In this document: positions 18,978 to 27,253 of the stretch, piece after piece
How the letters are laid out: every line of letters begins with the position of its first letter
Position numbering within the stretch: the first letter of the stretch is position 1
From: Rickettsiales bacterium
Lineage (GTDB): Bacteria > Pseudomonadota > Alphaproteobacteria > Rickettsiales > UBA8987
Direction: 5' to 3'
NCBI GenBank assembly: GCA_020630095.1
Contig: JAHDCD010000005.1
Span: 81,358-145,357, forward strand
DNA length: 64,000 bases
Notes under the pieces: model-generated
Database searches by the model: none
The model's input: only the letters and a program-made list of their open reading frames with translations
Told to the model about the DNA's origin: nothing
Program-made: the position numbers and the translations under genes

Positions 18978-19310
18978 CTAGAAGGTTAATCTCTTCTCAT
19001 ACTGCCAGATATAGCGTTGGCAATAGTCGAATGCGTCTTTCCAGCCTTTATAATAAACTCTGTTTTGTGCCTTAATTGGGTCTTGTTTCCAGCCAAAGAA
19101 GGGCTTGTAAATAATAGCAGTATTTGTGTGTACTCCTGTATGACAGCCATCTTTCCAACCTTCTAAGTATAAAGGCGGTAAGGTGGAGTTATCACCAGGA
19201 GGTCCTTCATACATCCACGCTTGCCAAGGAGGTCCTGGTTTTAGCCATGAGCATGAAGTTACCAATAATGCTGTCAATAATATGACAGATATGTTTCTTA
19301 TATTTGTCAT
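18978..19310 (-). CDS. Lipoprotein, paralog family member 3
   Basis: Lipobox LVTSC. Motifs GWKDGCHTG and YYKGWKDAFDYC. Confidence 0.65.
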   Translation of the reverse strand: MTNIRNISVILLTALLVTSCSWLKPGPPWQAWMYEGPPGDNSTLPPLYLEGWKDGCHTGVHTNTAIIYKPFFGWKQDPIKAQNRVYYKGWKDAFDYCQRYIWQYEKRLTF

Positions 19311-19313
19311 ATT

Positions 19314-19637
19314 TTATAGTTTCTTGTCTCTGTAGTTATCGGCAAAGAATGTGCAGTAGTAGAAAGCATCTTTCCATACTCGATAGTACATTGGGTTATC
19401 TTTTAGTTCAGGGTCTTGTCTCCAGCCATATGAGTTTGTACCTGCATAGAATCTGTCAACATATGAGCCATAACCTGTTATACAGCCATCTTTCCAACCC
19501 TTTCTATATTCAGGTGGGCCTGGTGGCGGGTCAAAGTCTAAAAGTGATGTTTTACGAAGGTCTAAAAGTCCGTCAGTGAACGCTCCTGAACATGATGTTA
19601 GGAGGAATGGGATTGATATGTAAATGAACCATTTCAT
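19314..19637 (-). CDS. Lipoprotein, paralog family member 4
   Basis: Lipobox LLTSC. Motifs GWKDGCITG and YYRVWKDAFYYC. Confidence 0.65.
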   Translation of the reverse strand: MKWFIYISIPFLLTSCSGAFTDGLLDLRKTSLLDFDPPPGPPEYRKGWKDGCITGYGSYVDRFYAGTNSYGWRQDPELKDNPMYYRVWKDAFYYCTFFADNYRDKKL

Positions 19638-19716
19638 TTTTTAAAACCTTCTTTTTTATTATTAACTTTTTAGCCTACGCCAAAGCTTTGGCTTTAGTTA
19701 ATAACCTATTTTTTTG

Positions 19717-19781
19717 GTAAAATTACTGGTGTAATTTTACATTTATTGCTACGCAATGCAAAACCAGCTTGAGCTGGTTTT
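19717..19781. repeat. Bipartite-hairpin intergenic element, copy 2
   Basis: GTAAAATTAC/GTAATTTTAC hairpin, then GCTACGC core, then AAAACCAGCT/AGCTGGTTTT hairpin. It is flanked by the 12-bp direct repeat TATTAACTTTTT (19660 and 19787). Confidence 0.75.
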
Positions 19782-19806
19782 ATGGTATTAACTTTTTGCT
19801 TATGTT

Positions 19807-20112
19807 TTAGTTAATACCATGCGAGAATACGAATACGCATGTATTGAAGCCAGTTTTGTAGCCTTTGTAATATTGCTGATTCTCAATGCCTTTTTCTACA
19901 TCGTAAGACATTCCATAGACTCTCATTACACTCTCGCCAATGATTCCTGAGCCAGTTTGACAACCATCACGGAAACCAACTGAAAAGTCATCATCGCCTT
20001 CTGGCATATCTACCAATGGAGGGCGTGGATTAAATACTCCCCAGCCTCTTCCAAATAAAGAACCACAGCTAGATAGAAGTAATATTACTAGACAACTCAA
20101 AACCACCTTCAT
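19807..20112 (-). CDS. Lipoprotein, paralog family member 5 (most divergent)
   Basis: Lipobox LLSSC. Motifs GFRDGCQTG and YYKGYKTGFNTC. Confidence 0.6.
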   Translation of the reverse strand: MKVVLSCLVILLLSSCGSLFGRGWGVFNPRPPLVDMPEGDDDFSVGFRDGCQTGSGIIGESVMRVYGMSYDVEKGIENQQYYKGYKTGFNTCVFVFSHGIN

Positions 20113-20221
20113 AGATAGTAAGTTAGCCTAAAATAGTTAAGAAATGGTTAAAATATTGGGATTTATTAAGGTTTTACTAGAAGTAACCTTCCAGAATGAA
20201 ATATAAATTATAAAATCTATT

Positions 20222-20361
20222 TATAGCAAATTAACTTGAAGTCTTAAGTATGTCATTCCCGCGAAAGCGGGAATCTCCTCTAAGATCTTTTTATGAGATC
20301 CCCGATCAAGTCGGGGATGACAAGAACAGAGATTCTCTAAACTTCAACTTAATTTGCTATA
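20222..20361. repeat. Composite nested palindrome: 21-bp outer inverted repeat enclosing family A copy 2 (20251-20324)
   Basis: Outer arms TATAGCAAATTAACTTGAAGT / ACTTCAACTTAATTTGCTATA match at 20 of 21 positions. The inner 74-bp element is near-identical to 7167-7238. Confidence 0.8.
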
Positions 20362-20396
20362 TATTGTGAATCTGAGTAAAAGAGGTGAGGATTTAT

Positions 20397-20585
20397 GTCA
20401 TAAAATCGTCATTTTTTGATAAAAAATCGTTAAAAATCGCTAGTTTTTTGCAGTTTTTTAACAGTTTTTAGAGCGTTTTTTGCTATATGCCTATTGATAT
20501 ATAAGGATATTCCGTGTTTTAGGGGCTTGAAAATGATTTTTTTAGAAAATTTGGGAGCGTTCAAAAATTCTCAAATATAGAAATT
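20397..20585. repeat. AT-rich phased A/T-tract element, copy 1 (inverted relative to copies 2 and 3)
   Basis: Shares TATAAGGAT and the A5-6/T5-6 tracts interspersed with CG(T)T with 26207-26396 and 60943-61101. Confidence 0.65.
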
Positions 20586-21325
20586 TAGTATCTATAATAT
20601 TCTTTGCCGGCAGATTTATACTCTGATTTATCTTCTAAAAGTGGGTGAAGAATTTTCTTTTCTTCTTTCTCGCGGTCACGATGAGGTAGAATTTGCATCA
20701 TCCAGCCAACAAATTGCTGACGAGAATCAAGGATTACACGAATTTGTCCTTTTTGTGGATTAACTACAATTCTGCCATCGGCGGATATATATTTCCAGTA
20801 ATCACTAGATTTATGTTCTAGCATTTTAAGATTAAAGTAGCTGTCATAAAATTTTATATTTTCGTTTTCTATAAGTAGAGCAATCCTATTGGGAGATGCC
20901 TTAATAATATTAAATATGCCATCGGTGGATTTTTGAGAGTCGTAATACTCGCCATTAATCCATACAGTCCAGTTGTTCGAGTCGTTATGAATAACTGAGT
21001 TGATATAATAGTTCTTTAGCTCGAGTGGTTTTTTTACACCTCGTTCGTTGGCATATTTTTTTTCATTATCACTAAGTTGAACCACAGGCTTCTTTGCCGT
21101 TATAGGTTTTCCATCAGCTCCGTATTGAGTATTAATACCACGGGCCTTTTGACGCTCAAGTTCTTGAAGGCGCGTAGGAGACAAGAATTTCTTTTCACCA
21201 CTTAGGGCCATATATAAGTCGCTTAGGCGCTCTGTGTTTCTGAAGAATAAATCTTTAGCTAATGCGCTATCTACTAATTGAGTTAGCATTGAAGTTATAA
21301 GAAGTAATTTAATAATATATTTCAT
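20585..21325 (-). CDS. Secreted protein of unknown function (last gene of tatC-linked envelope operon)
   Basis: Signal peptide (LLLITSMLTQLVDSALA). Overlaps the upstream gene by 1 nt. Confidence 0.5.
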   Translation of the reverse strand: MKYIIKLLLITSMLTQLVDSALAKDLFFRNTERLSDLYMALSGEKKFLSPTRLQELERQKARGINTQYGADGKPITAKKPVVQLSDNEKKYANERGVKKPLELKNYYINSVIHNDSNNWTVWINGEYYDSQKSTDGIFNIIKASPNRIALLIENENIKFYDSYFNLKMLEHKSSDYWKYISADGRIVVNPQKGQIRVILDSRQQFVGWMMQILPHRDREKEEKKILHPLLEDKSEYKSAGKEYYRY

Positions 21326-22032
21326 TATTTATTACCTCCTTTTTCTTCATATTTTGAAATGGCTCTTGAGAAGTCACGAACAGTAGTCCAAGTAAAAATT
21401 AAGTCTGCTTTTAGCAGTGGCTCAAATATATTATAGTCACCTGTTTTATGAAGATAATCTTGGTCTATTGAGGCTATCTTAGTAACTTGAAAGTTGTTTA
21501 TTTTTAAATAACCAGGTAGATCGGAGTTCATTAGCTCTTTAATGAAGTCTAAAATATAACTGTCAGTTAGCGCGTTAAAGCTTATTTGAACTTTTCCGTT
21601 AGCAACTTTTAAATTTGGGTTTGTTTTATATTCTTCAACCATCTCGAATTCAGCCATTTTTAGAGATAGGTCTTGAAGTCCATATTTATCTTTTAATTTA
21701 GATATTTTGGGTTGTAGAACGCGGATTCTTGAGGCCTCGGTAACATAGCCTAGTGGATCGGGTTTAAATAAAGGGTCTATGGTTTTGAATTCTTCATGAG
21801 CTTTGTGGAAGTCACCTAGCTGTTTCTTTAATTCAGTAAATTTCTTTTTAACTTTGCGTGATTCGCGGGCGTTCTTTGCAGTTACAGATTTGCTATCCGA
21901 AACCATGCCAGAAGTATATTGATACCCGATGTATAGGCCTATCATGATAATAAAGAAAAGCACTACTTGCTTAATTAGCTTTTGGGTGGAGCTATAATCT
22001 CTTTTCTTTTTATTTACTTTCGGCTCTGCCAT
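21325..22032 (-). CDS. N-terminally anchored bitopic membrane protein of unknown function
   Basis: Single TM segment (VVLFFIIMIGLYIGYQY) followed by a soluble domain. Tight coupling to its neighbours. Confidence 0.5.
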   Translation of the reverse strand: MAEPKVNKKKRDYSSTQKLIKQVVLFFIIMIGLYIGYQYTSGMVSDSKSVTAKNARESRKVKKKFTELKKQLGDFHKAHEEFKTIDPLFKPDPLGYVTEASRIRVLQPKISKLKDKYGLQDLSLKMAEFEMVEEYKTNPNLKVANGKVQISFNALTDSYILDFIKELMNSDLPGYLKINNFQVTKIASIDQDYLHKTGDYNIFEPLLKADLIFTWTTVRDFSRAISKYEEKGGNK

Positions 22033-22035
22033 AAT

Positions 22036-23574
22036 TTAGTTTTTACCTAGTATTTCATCGCTTTCTACTGGGCCTTGTATATTAAGTAATATTTTTACGT
22101 CTTCACGTTCTTCGTCATTGTTAAGGATGTTTTTGCTAAGTATTTCATCCTTATAATCTTCTGCGCCAATTATATAATTAGGCATTGCTACTTTTGTTCT
22201 TTCTATAAAATCAGTAATTTCGTCTAGTGAGCCAGCTACGTTTGATAAATCAACTTCACTAAATTTTATATCGAAGCGGGCAACATATGCAGGACCTATG
22301 TCTTTCTTTGCATTTCTAATATTTAAATTACTTAAGAAGGTTGTTGTGTCTAAAACTTCTGCAAATTCATCAATAATATTAATAGGTAGAAGCCTTTCGT
22401 TATTGTAAGTGTTATGTATTGTATTGTAATCTATAACAGATTTTTGGTAGTCTTCAGGATAGACTTTTAACTGTTCTTTTAGCTCATCATATTTGCGCTG
22501 ATTAGACCTTTTTTCTTTTATTACACGAGAATTTTTTTCCTGAGTTTCTTTATTATCAAGGTAATTTGATAATATAAGGTAGCCCATGTAGCCAAATATT
22601 AAAAAGGCTGCGATGAAGAAAATTAGTCCGTATTTTTTTAAGTTTTCTTTTTCACGCGCTTGTTCAGATTGAACTGGCAAGCGTGGTTTAGCTCCACTTA
22701 AAATATGGGCTAAAATTCTATCAGCTGAATTTTCTTGAGAACTTTTGCCAACTGATAGCTTAAGTTTTTTATCAATATCACTTGCGCCAAGATACAATTC
22801 TTCACCGGCATAGCGTGGTTTATCTAATGCTTTTAGCGCTGTTGCAAGTTCGTTAGAGGAAATCGCGGTTATATTAATTTTACCAGATTCACCAAGCCCT
22901 AAACGGCGGATATATTCTACGGTATTATCTGTTTCGGTGCGGATATATTTTGCTAATGATTCACGTGAATCAAATTGGTTAGTAATTATTCGGGTGATAA
23001 CTACGTTCTCATCATCATATACCGTGATGCGGATATTAGATGTTTTTGTTTCGGTAATTAATAAGTGCCAACCACTTAAACCTTTTGAGACTTTTATGGC
23101 GCGTAAAGCTTCAACCTGCTCAACAGGCATTAGGTAAGGGCCAATTAACTGATTGGGTAATTCATCTAGTTTCTTTAGCCACGTGCCGTAAGGTTCGCCG
23201 TCATTTAATGCGATTAAATTATATTTTGCTTTAGTATCCTTTACCTTCTTTTTGCCAGTTTGGATTTTAGAAAATTTATGATACGCGGTTAAGTGGTCTA
23301 GCCCGAAATCTTTGCGGATTTGGTTTTGAATTAATTTTTCTAGGTTTTTACCTTTAACTGGTGGGAATTCATGGTTCTTGTATATCTGGTCAGTGATATC
23401 CATAAGAACCAAAATTGGCGTGCGCTCATCCTTCTTTAGGCGTGCTAATATTTTGTTATCAACAGGGGAATCGGCGATAATGGTTTCTTGGAGTTTGCCT
23501 TTATGAACATAGAAGAAGCATGAGGTGCTATCACCTACTGTAATTATGAACTTCTTGTTCTTGCTTCCAACCAT
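22036..23574 (-). CDS. Bitopic membrane protein: about 320-aa cytoplasmic domain, one TM, about 165-aa C-terminal domain (PilM-PilN / GspL-like topology)
   Basis: Central TM segment YGLIFFIAAFLIFGYMGYLIL. The topology resembles PilMN or GspL, but I could verify no diagnostic motif. Confidence 0.45.
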   Translation of the reverse strand: MVGSKNKKFIITVGDSTSCFFYVHKGKLQETIIADSPVDNKILARLKKDERTPILVLMDITDQIYKNHEFPPVKGKNLEKLIQNQIRKDFGLDHLTAYHKFSKIQTGKKKVKDTKAKYNLIALNDGEPYGTWLKKLDELPNQLIGPYLMPVEQVEALRAIKVSKGLSGWHLLITETKTSNIRITVYDDENVVITRIITNQFDSRESLAKYIRTETDNTVEYIRRLGLGESGKINITAISSNELATALKALDKPRYAGEELYLGASDIDKKLKLSVGKSSQENSADRILAHILSGAKPRLPVQSEQAREKENLKKYGLIFFIAAFLIFGYMGYLILSNYLDNKETQEKNSRVIKEKRSNQRKYDELKEQLKVYPEDYQKSVIDYNTIHNTYNNERLLPINIIDEFAEVLDTTTFLSNLNIRNAKKDIGPAYVARFDIKFSEVDLSNVAGSLDEITDFIERTKVAMPNYIIGAEDYKDEILSKNILNNDEEREDVKILLNIQGPVESDEILGKN

Positions 23575-23595
23575 CTGTTTGAAACTAAACCGCGC

Positions 23596-24315
23596 CTATG
23601 TTTTAGCAAGGACTTTATTGCCTAATAATATTGAAATCTCAAAGAGTAGGTAAATTGGTAACGCTAAAGATATCTGACTTACAATATCTGGTGGAGTAAG
23701 GATAGCGCTTGCGATGAAGCTTAGAATAAATGCGTATCTGCGTTTAGATCTTAGCCAATTTGGTTCTATGATTTCTAGTTTAATTAAAATTAGTAGAATT
23801 ATTGGTAGTTGAGCGGCAAGGGCGAATACGAAAATAAAATTAATCGAAAGGCTTAAATATTTTTGCGCAGTTATGTTGTGGCTTAGTTCAAAGTTTTCAC
23901 TGCCATAATTGAACGATAGGAAAAAGTCCCATGCGTTGGGAATTACTACTGAATATGCAAAGAATGCGCCTAAGAAAAATAATATTGGTGACCATATTAT
24001 ATATGGACGGATAACGCGTTTTTCAGTATCGTATAAAGCTGGATTTACAAAGCCTGCCATAACAAAGGCGATAATTGGAAATGCTAGTAAAACCCCTGAA
24101 AGTAGGGTGATTTTGAAGAATAGCATGAAGCCATCCTCAACACCTAGGAATTGTAGATTTTTGGCGCTGAGTGCGTTTGAATTTATTAGTGGTTGAACTA
24201 AGAATTGTAATATTTCGTCGGTGAATTGGGCGGTAATTACGCATGAAATTAGCATAATTACTAATGCCCATATAAGCCTAGTTTTAAGCTCTGAAATATG
24301 TTCAATTAGATTCAT
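23596..24315 (-). CDS. tatC: Twin-arginine translocase subunit TatC
   Basis: 239 aa with a six-TM pattern and the N-terminal HISELKTRLI segment typical of TatC. Confidence 0.9.
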   Translation of the reverse strand: MNLIEHISELKTRLIWALVIMLISCVITAQFTDEILQFLVQPLINSNALSAKNLQFLGVEDGFMLFFKITLLSGVLLAFPIIAFVMAGFVNPALYDTEKRVIRPYIIWSPILFFLGAFFAYSVVIPNAWDFFLSFNYGSENFELSHNITAQKYLSLSINFIFVFALAAQLPIILLILIKLEIIEPNWLRSKRRYAFILSFIASAILTPPDIVSQISLALPIYLLFEISILLGNKVLAKT

Positions 24316-25574
24316 TCTGTAACTCGTTCAATATTTGCACCAAGGTTAGAAAGTTTTTGTTCTAGCTCTTCATAGCCTCTATCAAGATGGTAAATTCTAT
24401 CAACAATAGAAGTGCCTTCGGCCGCTAAGCTGGCAATTACTAAAGATGCTGAGGCGCGCAAGTCTGATGCCATAACTTGAGCTGAGCCTAGTTTATCTAC
24501 ACCACGAACTATGGCGCTGTCGCCATCAATTGTTATATCTGCGCCCATGCGAACGAGTTCAGGAACATGCATGAAGCGGTTTTCAAATATTTTCTCAGAT
24601 ATAATACATTCGCCTTTACAAAGGGTCATGAATGCCATGAATTGGGCTTGCATATCTGTTGGGAAGTACGGGTATTCCTTTGTAACTATAGATACGGGTT
24701 TAGGCTTACCTTCGGAAGGGCCTTTAATATTTAGTGAATATTCATCGCGGTCAATTTTACAGCCGGCGCGCTCAAGCTCTACCAATACCGATGAAAGTAA
24801 GTCTGGGCTTACATTATTAAGCGTTACATCGCCACCGGTTATCGCTGCCGCTATTGCATAAGTTCCAGCTTCTATCCTATCTGGTATTACGTTTAGGTCA
24901 CAGCCGTTTAGTTTTTTAACGCCATCAATAACTAAATTATGTGTGCCGATGCCTTTAATTCTAGCACCCATTATGCGTAACATTCCAGCTAAGGCGGTTA
25001 CTTCAGGTTCTAGCGCTACGTTTTTTAATATTACTCTGCCTTCGGCCATAGATGCGGCAAGTATGGCATTTTGTGACGCGCCAACAGATACAATCGGAAA
25101 TTCATAAGTGCCCGCTTGAGGTCTACCTTTGGCGAGTATGTAGCCGTCCTTTAATTCAATATTTACACCCATAGCTTCTAAGGCTTTTAAGTGTAAATCT
25201 ACAGGGCGAGTGCCAATTGCACAGCCACCAGGTAGGCTTACTTCAGCTTCACCGAAGCGCGCTAACAAAGCACCTAGTACAATTACGCTGGCGCGCATTT
25301 TCTTTACAATATCATATTCTGCGCGGGTAGAGTTTACGTTTGAATTGTTAAATTCAATTTTACCCTCCTCAAGGTTGCGTGTGATATTTGCACCTAGGCT
25401 TTCTAGTAATTCGCACAGAGTATTAACATCCGATAAGTTAGGAACGTTATCCAGCTTTACTTTTTGTTCAGAAAGTAATGAGCAAACTATTAGCGGTAAT
25501 GCCGCATTTTTAGCGCCAGATATGCGCACGTTGCCATTTAATATATTTCCACCTTTAATGCGTAATTTTTGCAT
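24312..25574 (-). CDS. murA: UDP-N-acetylglucosamine 1-carboxyvinyltransferase
   Basis: Full-length match: SGAKNAALP, the catalytic-loop region PGGCAIGTRPVDLH, and the C-terminal IYHLDRGYE. Confidence 0.95.
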   Translation of the reverse strand: MQKLRIKGGNILNGNVRISGAKNAALPLIVCSLLSEQKVKLDNVPNLSDVNTLCELLESLGANITRNLEEGKIEFNNSNVNSTRAEYDIVKKMRASVIVLGALLARFGEAEVSLPGGCAIGTRPVDLHLKALEAMGVNIELKDGYILAKGRPQAGTYEFPIVSVGASQNAILAASMAEGRVILKNVALEPEVTALAGMLRIMGARIKGIGTHNLVIDGVKKLNGCDLNVIPDRIEAGTYAIAAAITGGDVTLNNVSPDLLSSVLVELERAGCKIDRDEYSLNIKGPSEGKPKPVSIVTKEYPYFPTDMQAQFMAFMTLCKGECIISEKIFENRFMHVPELVRMGADITIDGDSAIVRGVDKLGSAQVMASDLRASASLVIASLAAEGTSIVDRIYHLDRGYEELEQKLSNLGANIERVTE

Positions 25575-25589
25575 TTTTGTTATATATCC

Positions 25590-26198
25590 TTAAACGGATA
25601 TTAGTTCAATGGTTTCTCCAAAGTCTAATGAATCTGAATGAGAGGTTGAGATGCAAATACCACCAGCATCGCAGTAGCCTACTATCATAGATTTTAATTG
25701 CCCTATAGATTCTTTGTCTAAATTGGCGGTGGGTTCATCTAGAAGCCAAATAGGTTTCTCAGCGGATAACATTATGCGTGCAAGCGCTGTGCGGCGCTTT
25801 AAGCCAGCGGAAAGGTCGCGCACTTTTTTATGGGCATGGTAGTCTAGTTTATAATGTTCAATGGCAGACGGAATAGCGAGTTGCGTATTATGAAATGCCG
25901 AAGCTAGTTCTAAATTCTTTGCCACGCTTAATTCTTCATAAATGCCATTTTTGTGGCCTAAATAAGATACTTGTTTGCGCCATTGGTTAGCGTCTGAGCG
26001 GATTTCTATATCGTCATAAAAAATATCGCCATCGTATTTATCGTATAATCCACTTAAGGATTTTAGCATGGTAGACTTGCCGATGCCATTAGCCCCTTTT
26101 ATTTGAACAAAAGTATTTTTAGCTATTTGAAAAGATAAGGGGCTAAATAGCGGTCCTTTGCCATCAATAGTTGGAGTAAATTTGTTTAAATTAAGCAC
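25590..26198 (-). CDS. ccmA: Heme exporter ATP-binding protein CcmA
   Basis: About 200-aa ABC ATPase with Walker A GANGIGKST, signature LSAGLKRR and Walker B WLLDEP. Confidence 0.8.
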   Translation of the reverse strand: MLNLNKFTPTIDGKGPLFSPLSFQIAKNTFVQIKGANGIGKSTMLKSLSGLYDKYDGDIFYDDIEIRSDANQWRKQVSYLGHKNGIYEELSVAKNLELASAFHNTQLAIPSAIEHYKLDYHAHKKVRDLSAGLKRRTALARIMLSAEKPIWLLDEPTANLDKESIGQLKSMIVGYCDAGGICISTSHSDSLDFGETIELISV

Positions 26199-26206
26199 GA
26201 TTCTAT

Positions 26207-26396
26207 AATATAGAAAGTTTTGGGAATGTAAAATTCTCAGAAAAATAATATTTTCAGCCCAATTTTAATAAAAATCCATATATTTCAATAGCACTTAGGA
26301 TTAATTCGTTAAAAAACGTTTCAAAAAACGTTAAAAAACGAGCAAAAAATGACGATTTTTTAACGTTTTTGAATAAAAATCATAATTTTTTAGGCA
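26207..26396. repeat. AT-rich phased A/T-tract element, copy 2
   Basis: AATATAGAAAG ... AAAATCCATATATTTCAATAG ... CGTTAAAAAACG repeats ... AATTTTTTAGGCA. Aligns with 60943-61101. Confidence 0.7.
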
Positions 26397-26485
26397 GATA
26401 AACGATGTAATTTTAATATAAAATCCAATGGCTTACGCCATTCGTATTTGAATTTAGTATAATCAGAGCCTAATTCTCTGGAAGG

Positions 26486-27253
26486 TTATTTCTTACTAAA
26501 TAGTGTAAAATATAGCCAGTAGGGTAGGAGTCTGATTAGGCGGATGATTTGACCGAATAGGAATGGAAAGCGGATTTCAAAGCGGTTAGATTTCATGCCT
26601 TTTAGGATTTTCTTAGCAGCTTGTTCTGCGCTGATACGCATGGGCATTTTGAAATTGTTTTTATCTGTTAAGCGAGTTTTTACAAAACCAGGGGAGACAA
26701 GTTGAACCTTTAAACCTTTCTTGCCGTATGCGCCTTTTAAGCCTTCAGTAAAATTAATAAGGGCGGCTTTTGATGCGCCATATGCTCGTGCCTCTAACCC
26801 TGTATAACCGGCAATTGATCCTACTATTACCACGTGCTTAAATATTCCGTTGTTTAGAAAATTATCTAGTGGGGTATCTAGGCATTTGAAGGCGCCGGTT
26901 AGATTTACATCTATTGTTTTAATGGCATCTTCTAAATCATATTTGGTAGTATCACCTGCTGGAGTATAAACGCCGGCATTATAAATTATAATATCGAAGC
27001 CGTTATGCTTGTTGAAAATGTGTGCGGCATCTGTTTCGTTTTGAACATCTAGCGGTTCGGCAGTAGCACCGATAGACTTTGCTAATTTAGATAGTTTATT
27101 TTCTGAACGGGCAGAGATTACTAATTGTTTGCACTCTTTAGAAAGTAATTTGGCTAGTTCTTCACCGATTCCGTATGAAGCACCGATGAGCCATACCTTC
27201 TTATGTTGCAGATAATTTTTGTTAGTGTTAAACATAAAAAATTGAGTTGTCAT
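26486..27253 (-). CDS. Short-chain dehydrogenase/reductase family oxidoreductase
   Basis: GASYGIGEE cofactor motif, NAG, and YGASKAAL catalytic Y-x3-K. The start codon at 27253-27251 lies inside repeat A copy 3, with an alternative ATG at 27235. Confidence 0.85.
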   Translation of the reverse strand: MTTQFFMFNTNKNYLQHKKVWLIGASYGIGEELAKLLSKECKQLVISARSENKLSKLAKSIGATAEPLDVQNETDAAHIFNKHNGFDIIIYNAGVYTPAGDTTKYDLEDAIKTIDVNLTGAFKCLDTPLDNFLNNGIFKHVVIVGSIAGYTGLEARAYGASKAALINFTEGLKGAYGKKGLKVQLVSPGFVKTRLTDKNNFKMPMRISAEQAAKKILKGMKSNRFEIRFPFLFGQIIRLIRLLPYWLYFTLFSKK

